Shown: positions 7,347-16,473, counted from the stretch's first letter. The stretch is 17,213 nucleotides of DNA from Thermoproteota archaeon (GCA_037917685.1 JAVCBU010000018.1:1-17213); one strand, 5' to 3'. Notes: generated from the letters alone by a model not told the origin. A program made the numbers and translations.

Positions 7347-7919
7347 ATGTCGTGGAAGACTGTTGTGGTTCTGATTTTAATATTAATAGCCGGTTTAAAT
7401 GGCTGGAGATATATCCATAGTGAGAGTAGAAGTAGTCTGGATATTCCCCCTGAGTTTCAAGAGAGATACGTTCGATTGAGTCGATGGCTTGATGGAAAAA
7501 TCGAAGAGTGGAAACCAGAAGAATATGAGCCGATGATTTTCTGCGCTCAACATATTGTTGCCAGCGAGCAGTCTGTAACCCTGACAAGCGAAGAACTGGA
7601 TGTTCCCTACTTAGAAATGCTTAAGGAAGTAGGAGTGGATTGTATAAGATTGTCTATATATCCCTACAACTATGAGAAGTATAAGCAGAGGTAAGGGAAT
7701 TTAATAAGGGAGATCAGGAGAAACGACTTAAAACTTATGGTTGCCTACATGGTTGGAGACCTGCCAAAAGGAGAGATTTCATCTTTTGAGGAGTATAAGG
7801 AGATTGAGGAAGCTTTCACAAGGGAGTTTGTCGGTAAGCACAAGCCGGATTACTATGCGATTGTTACAGAGCCGATAACAATGGAGGGATACATTCCGCG
7901 CGGTCTAGTATGCTCATAG
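7347..7919 (+). pseudogene. Exported glycoside-hydrolase-like (TIM-barrel) gene with an in-frame TAA and 3' truncation
   Basis: ORFs 7266-7694 and 7737-7919 are in the same frame. Read through, they give MSWKTVVVLILILIAG (signal) ... MLKEVGVDCIRLSIYPYNYEKYKQR*GNLIREIRRNDLKLMVAY ... KHKPDYYAIVTEPITM, resembling clan GH-A strands up to the (N/T)EP acid/base motif. The gene ends soon after. A TATA-like TTTTAA lies near 7309. Confidence 0.6.
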
Positions 7920-7921
7920 GC

Positions 7922-8977
7922 TCATGGGCCCTCGCTTATGCTGGAGAATCTTAAACTTGTTCCTGAGCTCCGAAAGTTTATTCCCCGTGTTTTTAGCATT
8001 TCTTTTAGTCTTTCGTCTTCTTTGTAGTGTGCTTTGCATGGGTGTCCCTCAGCTATCAAGGCTTTCCTGTCATGTGGGAGTGCTATGAGGGACCACAGTG
8101 TCCCGAGTTTTATCGCTTCTGCGTGGGAGCAGACGTGTCCCTTATGGTCTGATAGTATTTTCTTTGCTAGTTTGGAGTTGACTTCCCCGTTGTTGAGGTT
8201 TATGAGTTCTGTTATGCGTTTGTATCTTGTTGCTGATGTAGGTGGCCTTTTTCTAACGTTTTCCGCGTCTTTCATCTCTGGATGTAGGAAGTGGTTGGTT
8301 GCGACTAGGAAGCCCTTTTTGGGTTTTTCTCTTACTCTTACCCCTTGTGAAGAAGCTTCGACGACAGCCATGTCTTCGGTTTCGTCAACCAGTAGGTAAT
8401 TGTTTCCCGTGGAGAATTGTACATTTAAAAGAAGTTTGGTTGCTTCGGCGACGCTGGCGCACTTGTCTAGGACTGCTCGTACAGCTATGAACCAGTTTAC
8501 CCCGGGCTTTGATTCTCTGGTGGGAACGGTAGACATGGCTATGGCTAATCCAGCCTCGTTGACACCATCTTCTTTGCCGATAAATATGGTCGAGTTGCCC
8601 AAGCTCCAATATGCATCTCTGGGCATTGTCAGGCGGGTTTCTGCGTACTTCTTATATGAGTAGTAAAAGTCGTAGTTTCTGCCAAGAATGGGGTAGGGTG
8701 AGGAAGCTGCGAAGATGCTGCAGGAGTTATGTTCCTCTGTGCCTAATGTTAGAAAGAAGGCTTTCAAATCTTCATATGAGATTTTGCAGCCTTCAGCGAA
8801 TCCTTGGAGTTCTTCCAGGATTTCGGGGAAAAACCGTTTAACTTCCGCTTCACACTCCTTTACAAACTCGCCTATTTCCTCAGAAACCTTTGGCGGTTGA
8901 TAACCAGCCCGCTTCATGATACTGCCGTACTTAAAACCCATCTCATAGTAGGACCCGGATAATCGGTGGTGATGCAT
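7922..8977 (-). CDS. Peptidase C45 / acyl-CoA:6-APA acyltransferase-like Ntn hydrolase (autoproteolytic)
   Basis: N-terminal pro-region LSGSYYEMGFKYG...EELQGFAEG, nucleophile motif SCSIF, then ILGRNYDF, DGVNEAGLAIA, ATNHF, SATRY and GHPC. Confidence 0.88.
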   Translation of the reverse strand: MHHHRLSGSYYEMGFKYGSIMKRAGYQPPKVSEEIGEFVKECEAEVKRFFPEILEELQGFAEGCKISYEDLKAFFLTLGTEEHNSCSIFAASSPYPILGRNYDFYYSYKKYAETRLTMPRDAYWSLGNSTIFIGKEDGVNEAGLAIAMSTVPTRESKPGVNWFIAVRAVLDKCASVAEATKLLLNVQFSTGNNYLLVDETEDMAVVEASSQGVRVREKPKKGFLVATNHFLHPEMKDAENVRKRPPTSATRYKRITELINLNNGEVNSKLAKKILSDHKGHVCSHAEAIKLGTLWSLIALPHDRKALIAEGHPCKAHYKEDERLKEMLKTRGINFRSSGTSLRFSSISEGP

Positions 8978-9199
8978 CCTTTACACTTAGGAAATATCTT
9001 GAGGATGGATTATTTAATCTTGCGTGAAACAAAGTTTTACATAAATCTGGCTGAAGCTCCATTTGCGTGTACAAAGATGGTTACATTTTCTGGTGGGCAG
9101 ATTAGCGGATGGAGGGTTGGTAGGGGTACCTATGGGTGCTGCTATTCCGGGTTTAGTTTAGTGTTTAGCTTATTTAAGCCTTTGTGTTATCATAATTTA

Positions 9200-9221
9200 A
9201 ATTTTAGGCTTGCCTAGAATT
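9200..9221 (+). promoter_or_regulatory. DtxR/IdeR/SirR-type metal-responsive operator at the feoB promoter
   Basis: Imperfect palindrome AATTTTAGGCTTGCCTAGAATT (TTAGG-N4-CCTA core) between the TATA-like TTTAAA (9196-9201) and feoB ATG 9226. Confidence 0.7.
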
Positions 9222-9225
9222 GTTG

Positions 9226-11154
9226 ATGGCTGGTAAGATAAGGGTTGCCCTGGCTGGCAATGCTAACGTTGGTAAGTCTGTCCTGTTTAACGAGCTTACA
9301 GGTCTTCATCAGCACATTGGAAACTGGCCTGGTAAGACTGTTGAGAGGGCTGAGGGTACTCTCCACTACCGGGGCTACGAGATTGATGTTATCGACCTGC
9401 CAGGTATATACTCGCTTTCAACCTTTAGTATTGAGGAGATCATTTCTAGGGAGTATATTGCTCTTGAAAGGCCCGATGTTGTTGTTAACGTGGTTGATGC
9501 CTCTAACCTGGAGAGGAATCTCGTTTTTACGATTCAACTCTTAGAGCTAGAGGCCCCAATGGTTATCGCATTGAACCAGATGGACATGGCTGGAAAGATG
9601 GGGATTAATATCGATGTTAGGAGGCTTAGGGAAAGGCTTGGCATCCCCGTCGTCCCCATGGTTGCTGTTAAGGGTGTGGGGATAAAAGAGCTGCTTGACG
9701 CTATCATAGATGTCTTTGAGGGGAGGGTTAGTCTTAAGCCCTTGAAGGTTAGGTATGGGAGGGAGGTTGAAAGGTACGTTGAAAGGCTCACTAGGATGGT
9801 TGAGCCCCTAGGCTTGCCGTATCCTGCTAGGTGGGTGGCCGTTAAGCTGTTAGAGGAGGACGGGGAGATAACGAGGCTTGTTTCCTCGAGGGATAGGTCT
9901 ATTGTGGAGTATGCGTCTAGGTGTAGCAGGGAGATTGAGGGGATCCATGGGGAGCCCTGTCCACTGGTCATCTCTTTCGAAAGGTGTAATCTTGCCGGGT
10001 TGATTGCAAGGGAAGTTCAAACAATTAGGAGGCCTGTCAAGCCTCCCTTCTCTGAGAGGCTTCACATGGTTACGACCCACCCCTTGTTGGGCTATATTAT
10101 AATGCTGGCCGTGCTGTTTTCATCTTTCTACGCTGTTTTTATGGTGGGCGGGGTTATCGCAGGTGTGATAGAGGACTATTATGAGAGTTTCTCCCTACTT
10201 TACACGCCTTCAAGCACGCTTGGCAAGCTGCTGTGGGAGGGGGTTGTTGAGGGGTTTATCGCGGGCCTTACCGTTGTACTCCCCTATGTGGCCCCGTTCT
10301 ACGTAATTCTTAGCCTTCTCGAGGACTCAGGCTATCTTGCAAGGGTTGCCTTCCTTATGGACTCTGCAATGCATAAAATAGGCCTCCATGGGAAGGCTTT
10401 TATACCGCTTATGCTTGGCTATGGATGCAATGTCCCGGCGTGCCTGGGCTGCCGTATCATGGAGACTGAGAGGGAGAGGCTTATAGCAGGCTTCGTTGTG
10501 ACTCTTGTGCCCTGCGCTGCGAGGACGGCTGTTATACTTGGGCTTGTCGGAAGGTATATTGGGGTGGGCTGGGCACTGTCGCTTTACATTATTGACCTGC
10601 TCGTGGTTTTCCTTCTCGGTAGGCTGGCGTTCAAAGTCGCCCCTGGCGAGCCTGTAGGCCTTATAATGGAGATGCCGCCGTATAGGCTTCCCTCCCTGAA
10701 GGTTGTTCTGTGGCAGTCGTGGGTTAGGGTTAAGGGTTTTATGGTTGAGGCTTTCCCCCTCATAGTTGCTGGTAGCCTTGCAGTTAAGATTCTTGACGTG
10801 ACAGGGGTTATGAAGGCTGTGTCTGAAGCGTTCTCACCGGTGACCTCCGGCTGGCTGGGCCTGCCAATGGAGGCTGGCGCAACGCTGATATTTGGTATTC
10901 TCAGGAAGGAGCTTACGCTTGCAATGCTGGCAGCCTTGCTTGGTACATCTGATTTTTCCGTTGTGCTTTCCCCCGTCCAAATGTACGTTTACTCGCTTGT
11001 AGTTATGCTGTATGTCCCCTGCATTGCAACCATAGCAGCCTGTGTTAGGGAGTATGGGTGGAGGAAGGCTCTGATCATGGCGGGAGTTGAGATTATGTTT
11101 GCGGTTTTTATCGGTGGCATAGTTTTCAGGCTTCTCAGGGTGGCGCTTGGATAG
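9226..11154 (+). CDS. feoB: Ferrous iron transport protein B
   Basis: G1 GNANVGKS, G2 NWPGKTVE, G3 DLPGIYSL and G4 NQMD. Membrane domain motifs [37 protein letters not shown] and [10 protein letters not shown]. The probable start is ATG 9226. Confidence 0.97.
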   Translation: MAGKIRVALAGNANVGKSVLFNELTGLHQHIGNWPGKTVERAEGTLHYRGYEIDVIDLPGIYSLSTFSIEEIISREYIALERPDVVVNVVDASNLERNLVFTIQLLELEAPMVIALNQMDMAGKMGINIDVRRLRERLGIPVVPMVAVKGVGIKELLDAIIDVFEGRVSLKPLKVRYGREVERYVERLTRMVEPLGLPYPARWVAVKLLEEDGEITRLVSSRDRSIVEYASRCSREIEGIHGEPCPLVISFERCNLAGLIAREVQTIRRPVKPPFSERLHMVTTHPLLGYIIMLAVLFSSFYAVFMVGGVIAGVIEDYYESFSLLYTPSSTLGKLLWEGVVEGFIAGLTVVLPYVAPFYVILSLLEDSGYLARVAFLMDSAMHKIGLHGKAFIPLMLGYGCNVPACLGCRIMETERERLIAGFVVTLVPCAARTAVILGLVGRYIGVGWALSLYIIDLLVVFLLGRLAFKVAPGEPVGLIMEMPPYRLPSLKVVLWQSWVRVKGFMVEAFPLIVAGSLAVKILDVTGVMKAVSEAFSPVTSGWLGLPMEAGATLIFGILRKELTLAMLAALLGTSDFSVVLSPVQMYVYSLVVMLYVPCIATIAACVREYGWRKALIMAGVEIMFAVFIGGIVFRLLRVALG

Positions 11155-11350
11155 CCATTCTTAGCAAATTTTTATAAACATAAAGTTTCATAGGATTCTA
11201 AATGTAAAACACCCATTTTTGTATTCACAAAATTACAGTTAAAATCTGTTGAAATCATACAGAAATATCATATACAACTGTGAAAAACCAATTTATACTA
11301 GTATTTTCATGAAATAATGTTTAGGTGCTGGTAGAACAGCCTAAAGAGAC

Positions 11351-11365
11351 CGAAAAGCTTTAAAT
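11351..11365 (+). promoter_or_regulatory. Archaeal BRE + TATA promoter for the small RHH gene
   Basis: CGAAAAGC-TTTAAAT ends ~25 nt upstream of ATG 11390, consistent with a leaderless transcript. Confidence 0.65.
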
Positions 11366-11389
11366 TTTCCATGTAGAGAAATATGCGAA

Positions 11390-11554
11390 ATGCCGGTAAT
11401 AAAGGGAACGTTTAAGGAGGCTTTGATATCAACAAGGGTTACGAGGAAGGTGGCTGACCTAGTTGAGGATTTGGCCGATGAGGAGGGGCTAACGGTCTCG
11501 GAATGGATGAGAAACCTGATAATTAAGGAGTTAAAGGAGAGAAAGCTCCTCTAG
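11390..11554 (+). CDS. Small ribbon-helix-helix (CopG/Arc-like) DNA-binding protein, 54 aa (missed by the ORF track)
   Basis: MPVIKGTFKEALISTRVTRKVADLVEDLADEEGLTVSEWMRNLIIKELKERKLL: beta strand ISTRV, helix A, G-L-T-V-S-E turn and helix B. It has a canonical promoter and host-like codon usage. Confidence 0.85.
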   Translation: MPVIKGTFKEALISTRVTRKVADLVEDLADEEGLTVSEWMRNLIIKELKERKLL

Positions 11555-11586
11555 AACGGTCAACACTGACTGTGGCTACGTTGATG

Positions 11587-12495
11587 TTAAACGCTCGACA
11601 ATAATGACTTGGCTGTCTCTGCTGCACTAGGGGTTTGGATTTTATATTCCTTACTGAAATAGTTGAAAATATTCGAGAGGTCTCTCTTTAAAAGAGTGAA
11701 AGCCTGATCGTAGCTAACTGGGACGGCCTGGGGGAAATCTATGAAGTATAGGTCTCCTTCCCCTGAGATTAGAATATTGTACTCGTTTAGGTCTCCATGG
11801 ATGAATCCGGCTTTAACAACTAGGGTTTCAACGTCCTGCAGTATTCTGTCCAGTGCGTCCCTGGGGTTTTGGAGCCGGGTGTCCGCAATCCTCGGTGCAG
11901 GCATCCCTGAGTAGCTGGAACTGACAAACTCCATTACGACAGCGTGTCTATTGATTGAAATCGGCTTTGGAACTGTGACTCCTGCTTTATAGGCTGCCTC
12001 CATGGCTTTCATTTCAATTTGGGCCTTAGCCCTTGGAATATCTATTTTTGAATCTTCAAGGTTCAATTCTTCCCCCCTAAGCTTTACCGCTGCATAAGAT
12101 AAGCTTCTCCTTATGTGTTTGAACTCTACACTCCAGTAGCGGTGGAACTTTACAACCACATCTCCCTGCTTGCTTGAGGCTAGAACTATTTCAGCTTCCT
12201 TGCCCTCTCCTATTGTATCAGCAACTTCCTCTATTACTCCATGTCTCTTAAAGTCCCAAAGCGCAAGCATATCGAAACCTCTCTCTAGGAGCATTGCCGC
12301 ATACTCATTATAGAAGCCTATAAAGTTGTATTTAATGAGCCTGGCTGACTTTAGAAATCTAAGCCTACTTTCAATCTCCTTCTCCGGGAAAGGGAGCTTA
12401 TCAACAATACTATTGAGCGGAACCCATTCGTAAACAGTCCTTAAACCCTCTACAACCCTGAGGATCGCTACATCCCTTTCATCAAGAGGTCTCAT
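11587..12495 (-). CDS. rio2: RIO2-type atypical Ser/Thr kinase/ATPase (N-terminal winged helix)
   Basis: wHTH N-terminus (DVAILRVVE...YEWVP...GFDMLAL), P-loop IGEGKEAEI, VVVKFHR, NRHAVVMEF, catalytic IHGDLNEYNIL and FIDFPQ. TATA TTTTAA lies at 12526-12521. Confidence 0.9.
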   Translation of the reverse strand: MRPLDERDVAILRVVEGLRTVYEWVPLNSIVDKLPFPEKEIESRLRFLKSARLIKYNFIGFYNEYAAMLLERGFDMLALWDFKRHGVIEEVADTIGEGKEAEIVLASSKQGDVVVKFHRYWSVEFKHIRRSLSYAAVKLRGEELNLEDSKIDIPRAKAQIEMKAMEAAYKAGVTVPKPISINRHAVVMEFVSSSYSGMPAPRIADTRLQNPRDALDRILQDVETLVVKAGFIHGDLNEYNILISGEGDLYFIDFPQAVPVSYDQAFTLLKRDLSNIFNYFSKEYKIQTPSAAETAKSLLSSV

Positions 12496-12569
12496 ACATA
12501 AAGCTTGGAATCGGTTAGTGTTAAAAGTTCAGTCTAAGATAGACACCCTTTTCAATCATCCATAATTTT

Positions 12570-13150
12570 AGGTGAGCCTTGGATCCCGGTTGTAGCAAAG
12601 CTTCTATTCCAAGCTTTTACACGTTTCTAGAGCATCTCTGCCCATAAACTGTGTAATAAATATTAGTTTCTCAGGCTTTACATCGCTCTTTTTCATAGAG
12701 CTTTCCACTCCCGAAGAGTTCCCCCAACTCCCGACTCCCTAACATGGGATTTTATTTCAACTAGCAAATGTTTTACCCTTAACAGTTATGTCAACCTCAA
12801 CCGTCCCTGGACACCCAGACACGAAACCCTCACTGTCGTAGACACTCCTCGCAACACTAAGATGCCTACCTGCTGTCTCACCTAGCCCTAAATGATTCTC
12901 ACTTATAATTTACATTTGATACCTAAGCAGTTATTAGAAACCCTAACTATTTGAGACCCCTATTAAAATCTTCCCTCAGCCTTCTAATCTCTACACCATG
13001 CCCCTATAAGATTTACCTGCTCTTGTAAGGCTCTGCTCTGTTGTGGTCTATTAGAATCCTTCCTTGCTCCCCGGAACTTTTAGCATTTGTGTGTTGAAGC
13101 CCTCTCTATACTTCTTTATTTCTTAAATTATCTCTTTCATTTCATCATTG
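12570..13150 (-). pseudogene. Decayed DUF3782/DUF1626-type coiled-coil + PD-(D/E)XK nuclease-like gene
   Basis: Frameshifted fragments on the minus strand: EII*EIKKYREGFN, VEIRRLREDFNRG, YDSEGFVSGCPGTVEVDITVKG, HLLVEIKSHVRESGV, KLYEK, VKPEKLIFITQFMGRDALETCK and LGIEAL. These fit the crenarchaeal family with D...EIK catalytic residues. Confidence 0.75.
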
Positions 13151-13243
13151 ATGTGAGGTATTCTGAAGAGTAATGGCTTAATAGTTTAGTAGTTTTGTTG
13201 GGGGATGGAGGTTATTAAATGTGAGGGGTCTTGGAGGGCTTCC

Positions 13244-14644
13244 TTATTCTTTGGCTGTGTAGAAGGTTTTATATGCTAGGTAGCAGCTGTATACGTCGGC
13301 TTTGCTTGTAAGCTCGTAGGGGGAGTGCATCCCCATTACGCCGCAGCCTGCGTCTACTACGTCCATTCCTAGTCTTGCTATGAATACTGCTATTGTCCCC
13401 CCGCCACCCAGCTCTTCGTCAGCCTTGCTTACTAGTAGGCCTGGTTGCCATGGGACATTATTTTCGTCAAGTATTCTTCTGATCCATGCCATATACTCGG
13501 CGTGGGCTTCGGCTCCCCTGTACTTGCCAGCCATACTTCCAACCTTGCTTACTATTATTCCACATCCCATTCTACCGGCGTTAGCCTTATCGTATAGGTC
13601 TTTGTGCATTGGGTGGACAACTGTGTCAACGTCTGCTGAGATCGCCTTTGAGTTTACGAAGCATTTTATTAGGTAGTCCTCTCTGAACTCTCCCTTTCTC
13701 AAATATATTATCCTTGTTAGGAAGTCGTGGAGGAACAGTGACTGAGCTGAGGTGTTTGTTTCGCTTCCTATTTCCTCCTTGTCGACAACCCACATTAGAC
13801 ATGTATATTCAGGATTATCGACGTCAAGTATCGCCCTAAGAGATGTGAAGACTGAAACCCTATCGTCCTGCCCGTAGCCTGCAACCATGGAGCCGTCAAG
13901 TCCGACGTCCATAGCCTTTAACGCTGGAACTACCTCTAGGTCAGCGCTTAAAAGGTCTTCCTCGGATATGCCGTATTTATCCTTAAGCATTTTTAGAACG
14001 GCAGCCTTAAACTTCTCCTTTTCGTCTTCTTTCTCCAGGGGGATATTGCCAAGGATTATTTTCAGCTCTTCTCCCTTCACGGCCTGGCTTGCCTTCCTAT
14101 CCTGAAATCTTTTCCTGCTGAGATGAGGTAGTAGATCCGGTATGAGTAGAACGGGTTCGTTGTTCTCGCCGATTCTGATATATACCTTTCCACCGTCCTT
14201 AAGGGCTACAACCCCGTGTAGGGCAAGTGGAATGTTCACCCATTGGTATCTTACCACACCCCCATACCAGCCTGTCTGTAGAAGGGAGACCTTTGCGTCC
14301 GGGTCATCCATTATGGGCAGTGGTTTAGGATCAAGCCTAGGAGCGTCACCATGCGATGCTACAAGACGGATTCCCTGCTCCTCACCCTTTTTACCTATGA
14401 CTGCCAGGAGGACCATCTTATCCTTGTAAACCATGAAAACCTTGTCCCCAGACTCCAGTTTTTCAGCCTCATCCATGTTTTTAAAGCCGTTCTTCACGGC
14501 TGCCTCAACAACGTAGTCTACAACCTCTCTTTCGGTCTTAGCCCTGTCCAGAAAGTCTTTATACTCTTCAGCGAAGCTGTACACCTTGTCTCTTTCAGGG
14601 CCCTTTAAAGCCTCCCAGGCAAGCTTTCTCTCATACTTCTCCAT
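13244..14644 (-). CDS. M18 family metallo-aminopeptidase (ApeA/aspartyl aminopeptidase-like)
   Basis: Motifs AKTERE, SHGDAPRLD, WYGGVVRYQW, DLLPHL, YGQDDR, DKEEIGS, ISADV, GGGTI and GMHSPYE. The metal ligands H, D, EE, D and H are intact. Confidence 0.93.
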   Translation of the reverse strand: MEKYERKLAWEALKGPERDKVYSFAEEYKDFLDRAKTEREVVDYVVEAAVKNGFKNMDEAEKLESGDKVFMVYKDKMVLLAVIGKKGEEQGIRLVASHGDAPRLDPKPLPIMDDPDAKVSLLQTGWYGGVVRYQWVNIPLALHGVVALKDGGKVYIRIGENNEPVLLIPDLLPHLSRKRFQDRKASQAVKGEELKIILGNIPLEKEDEKEKFKAAVLKMLKDKYGISEEDLLSADLEVVPALKAMDVGLDGSMVAGYGQDDRVSVFTSLRAILDVDNPEYTCLMWVVDKEEIGSETNTSAQSLFLHDFLTRIIYLRKGEFREDYLIKCFVNSKAISADVDTVVHPMHKDLYDKANAGRMGCGIIVSKVGSMAGKYRGAEAHAEYMAWIRRILDENNVPWQPGLLVSKADEELGGGGTIAVFIARLGMDVVDAGCGVMGMHSPYELTSKADVYSCYLAYKTFYTAKE

Positions 14645-14858
14645 TTCTTGTTATCCCATCTATGAAGAGCTGGAGACAATATTAATTTTAGTGGTCTGGT
14701 TTAGACGCTGAGCTTAAGATAAACCATGATCATCAAGGCGGAGGATGTCGAAATCAGGGATCTAAGGGCTATTGCATGGCTGTTGTTTTTAGGCGTATGA
14801 TGTGGGGTGCAAATGTCGTCGACATTACTAGGAGCCTACCAGTCTGCATGTTCACAGT

Positions 14859-15278
14859 CTAAATGTCTAGGAGTGCAAGCGCCCCTTCAGCTGTCTTCCT
14901 GGTTAATGGCTGGTTGAACTCCAGTACGGCGGCTTCAAGGGTACCCTGCACGTAGGCTTCCACTAGATGACCCGCTATGGTTCTCTCCCCGTTAGAGAGG
15001 CTGACATGTATGTGGGCGTGAGGCTTTCCGTCTTTTAAGCTTATATTTCCAAGTAGGGATGCGACCTCGTGGAAGCCTTCTAGGGTTGTGGTTTCATACG
15101 TCTTTGTTTCAGGGTTGAACACGGCTACCTTAGCCTTGCTAACGCCTCCTATCCCGGCTACTATTCCCCCTTTGACACCTAGCTCTCTCGAAGCCTCAAG
15201 CAATCCCTTTATTATCTCATCTCCCACGTCAAGCCTTACCATATGGATCTTTGAAAGGGTGTAGCTTTTATGACCCAT
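14859..15278 (-). CDS. PPC/DUF296 domain putative DNA-binding protein
   Basis: VRLDVGDEI, GIGGV, EVASLLGNIS, PHAHIHVSL and AGHL, with the HxH...H zinc motif. Confidence 0.92.
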   Translation of the reverse strand: MGHKSYTLSKIHMVRLDVGDEIIKGLLEASRELGVKGGIVAGIGGVSKAKVAVFNPETKTYETTTLEGFHEVASLLGNISLKDGKPHAHIHVSLSNGERTIAGHLVEAYVQGTLEAAVLEFNQPLTRKTAEGALALLDI

Positions 15279-15351
15279 ACAATGGTGCCAGCTGACAACA
15301 GGTATAAAGTTTCAGTAAGGTTAAAATGAAACATGCAAGATAGAATAGGGG
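15279..15351. promoter_or_regulatory. Compact divergent promoter pair
   Basis: TTTATA on the minus strand (15308-15303) lies ~25 nt before ATG 15278. TTAAAA on the plus strand (15321-15326) lies ~25 nt before ATG 15352. Confidence 0.5.
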
Positions 15352-16107
15352 ATGCCCATGCTAGATAGAATGTTCTCCTCTGAGAAGACGAGGGTTCTCT
15401 ACCCCTTTGCTGCTGGGCTGCTATCCCCGGCCTTAGGCCTACTCGCGGCGAAAATCCACCCGATTCTCCTTCCCTTAATAATGACTCTAGCCATATACCC
15501 GCTCTACTATAGGGATCTAGAGGAAGATATGGTTTGGCGGGCTTTCTGGCATGTACTCGCCTGGTCCCTAGCCTGTACAGTTATGATGATACTCCTAACC
15601 ATATACTTCGGGGCCGGGATCTCGGAGCTCATACTAAAAGGCGGATCCTACCGCAGGGAGATGTACAGCTGGATAGCTACAGGCATAGGGGAAGAGGGGG
15701 ATCCCAGACTGTTTGTTAAACCTAAAATTATTGAGATAGCTGTCTTCTCTGCCTTAAGCCTCGTGTCAGCCGGGTTTCTAGGCCTATTCCTCGGCTCTAT
15801 ACTTCTGAACTATATGAACTTCTACGTGGGATGCCTATTCCTTGACGCATTGCCAGGCTACTGGTGGGTTCCAGCGCTGTTCGGCTGGCCCATATACGCC
15901 ATTCTAAGGGTTCCAGGTTACATAGCCCTTGGTATAGTGCTCTCAAGACCGTTGATAAGGCTCAAGAGTGGTGAAAAGATGCAGTGGGGGAGAGCTGGAA
16001 GACTCGCAGCATTGGCTCTAGCTCTCATCCTGCTGGACTTCGCCCTAAAGGCTACTCTGGCTAACAGGTTCTACCAGCCAATCCTTAAGAAGGCGTTAGG
16101 CCTATAG
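15352..16107 (+). CDS. Uncharacterised multi-pass membrane protein (possibly SpoIIM-like)
   Basis: About seven hydrophobic segments, a polar loop YRREMYSWIATGIGEEGDP and the segment GSILLNYMNFYVG. The CDS is secure but the family is uncertain. Confidence 0.7.
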   Translation: MPMLDRMFSSEKTRVLYPFAAGLLSPALGLLAAKIHPILLPLIMTLAIYPLYYRDLEEDMVWRAFWHVLAWSLACTVMMILLTIYFGAGISELILKGGSYRREMYSWIATGIGEEGDPRLFVKPKIIEIAVFSALSLVSAGFLGLFLGSILLNYMNFYVGCLFLDALPGYWWVPALFGWPIYAILRVPGYIALGIVLSRPLIRLKSGEKMQWGRAGRLAALALALILLDFALKATLANRFYQPILKKALGL

Positions 16108-16108
16108 C

Positions 16109-16438
16109 CTACTCCACGATGGCACCGTCCTTAACCTCCCTTTCAGGTTTTATCAAGACGATATCATCGCCGCTTACAGCTGCAAGTATCATTACCTCGG
16201 CAAGCTCACCCATCAGCCTTTTGGGTTCAAGGTTTGTGACGAATACGTATTGTCTCCCAGCCAGGTCCTCAGGACTGTAAACTCCTTTCAGGCCAGCAAC
16301 AGCCTGTTTTACCCCCGCTTCGCCGAAGTCCACCTTAAGCTTCAGAAGCTTCCTTGACCCCGGTATTTCCTGGGCTTCTACGATTCTCCCTACACGTATC
16401 TCAACCTTCTTAAAATCTGAGAAATCTATCTTCCCCAT
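16109..16438 (-). CDS. tRNA-binding OB-fold protein (Trbp111/CsaA/MetRS C-terminal-like)
   Basis: IDFSDFKKVEIRVGRIVEAQEIPGSRKLLKLKVDFG, FVTNLEPKRLMG..EVMILAA and GAIVE. Confidence 0.92.
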   Translation of the reverse strand: MGKIDFSDFKKVEIRVGRIVEAQEIPGSRKLLKLKVDFGEAGVKQAVAGLKGVYSPEDLAGRQYVFVTNLEPKRLMGELAEVMILAAVSGDDIVLIKPEREVKDGAIVE

Positions 16439-16450
16439 AAAGCCATACTT

Positions 16451-16473
16451 TCAAATTTAACCTTTAAATTTGA
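16451..16473. promoter_or_regulatory. Perfect 10-bp inverted repeat (possible operator) over the tRNA-binding gene promoter
   Basis: TCAAATTTAA-CCT-TTAAATTTGA lies 13-35 nt upstream of ATG 16438 and immediately after the stop of the small membrane ORF. Confidence 0.45.

Noticed and set aside
7692-7694. Stop-codon recoding (Pyl/Sec)
   Set aside because: The codon is TAA and the gene is also 3'-truncated, so a nonsense mutation is the simpler explanation.
8966-9217. 83-aa ORF upstream of feoB as a possible feoA
   Set aside because: It has no SH3-like FeoA motif and runs across the promoter and operator.
11155-11340. AT-rich tract as a replication origin
   Set aside because: No ORB repeats and no adjacent orc1/cdc6.
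14726-14800. 24-aa ORF MIIKAEDVEIRDLRAIAWLLFLGV
   Set aside because: It is too short, and its faint GNAT-like start is not supportable.
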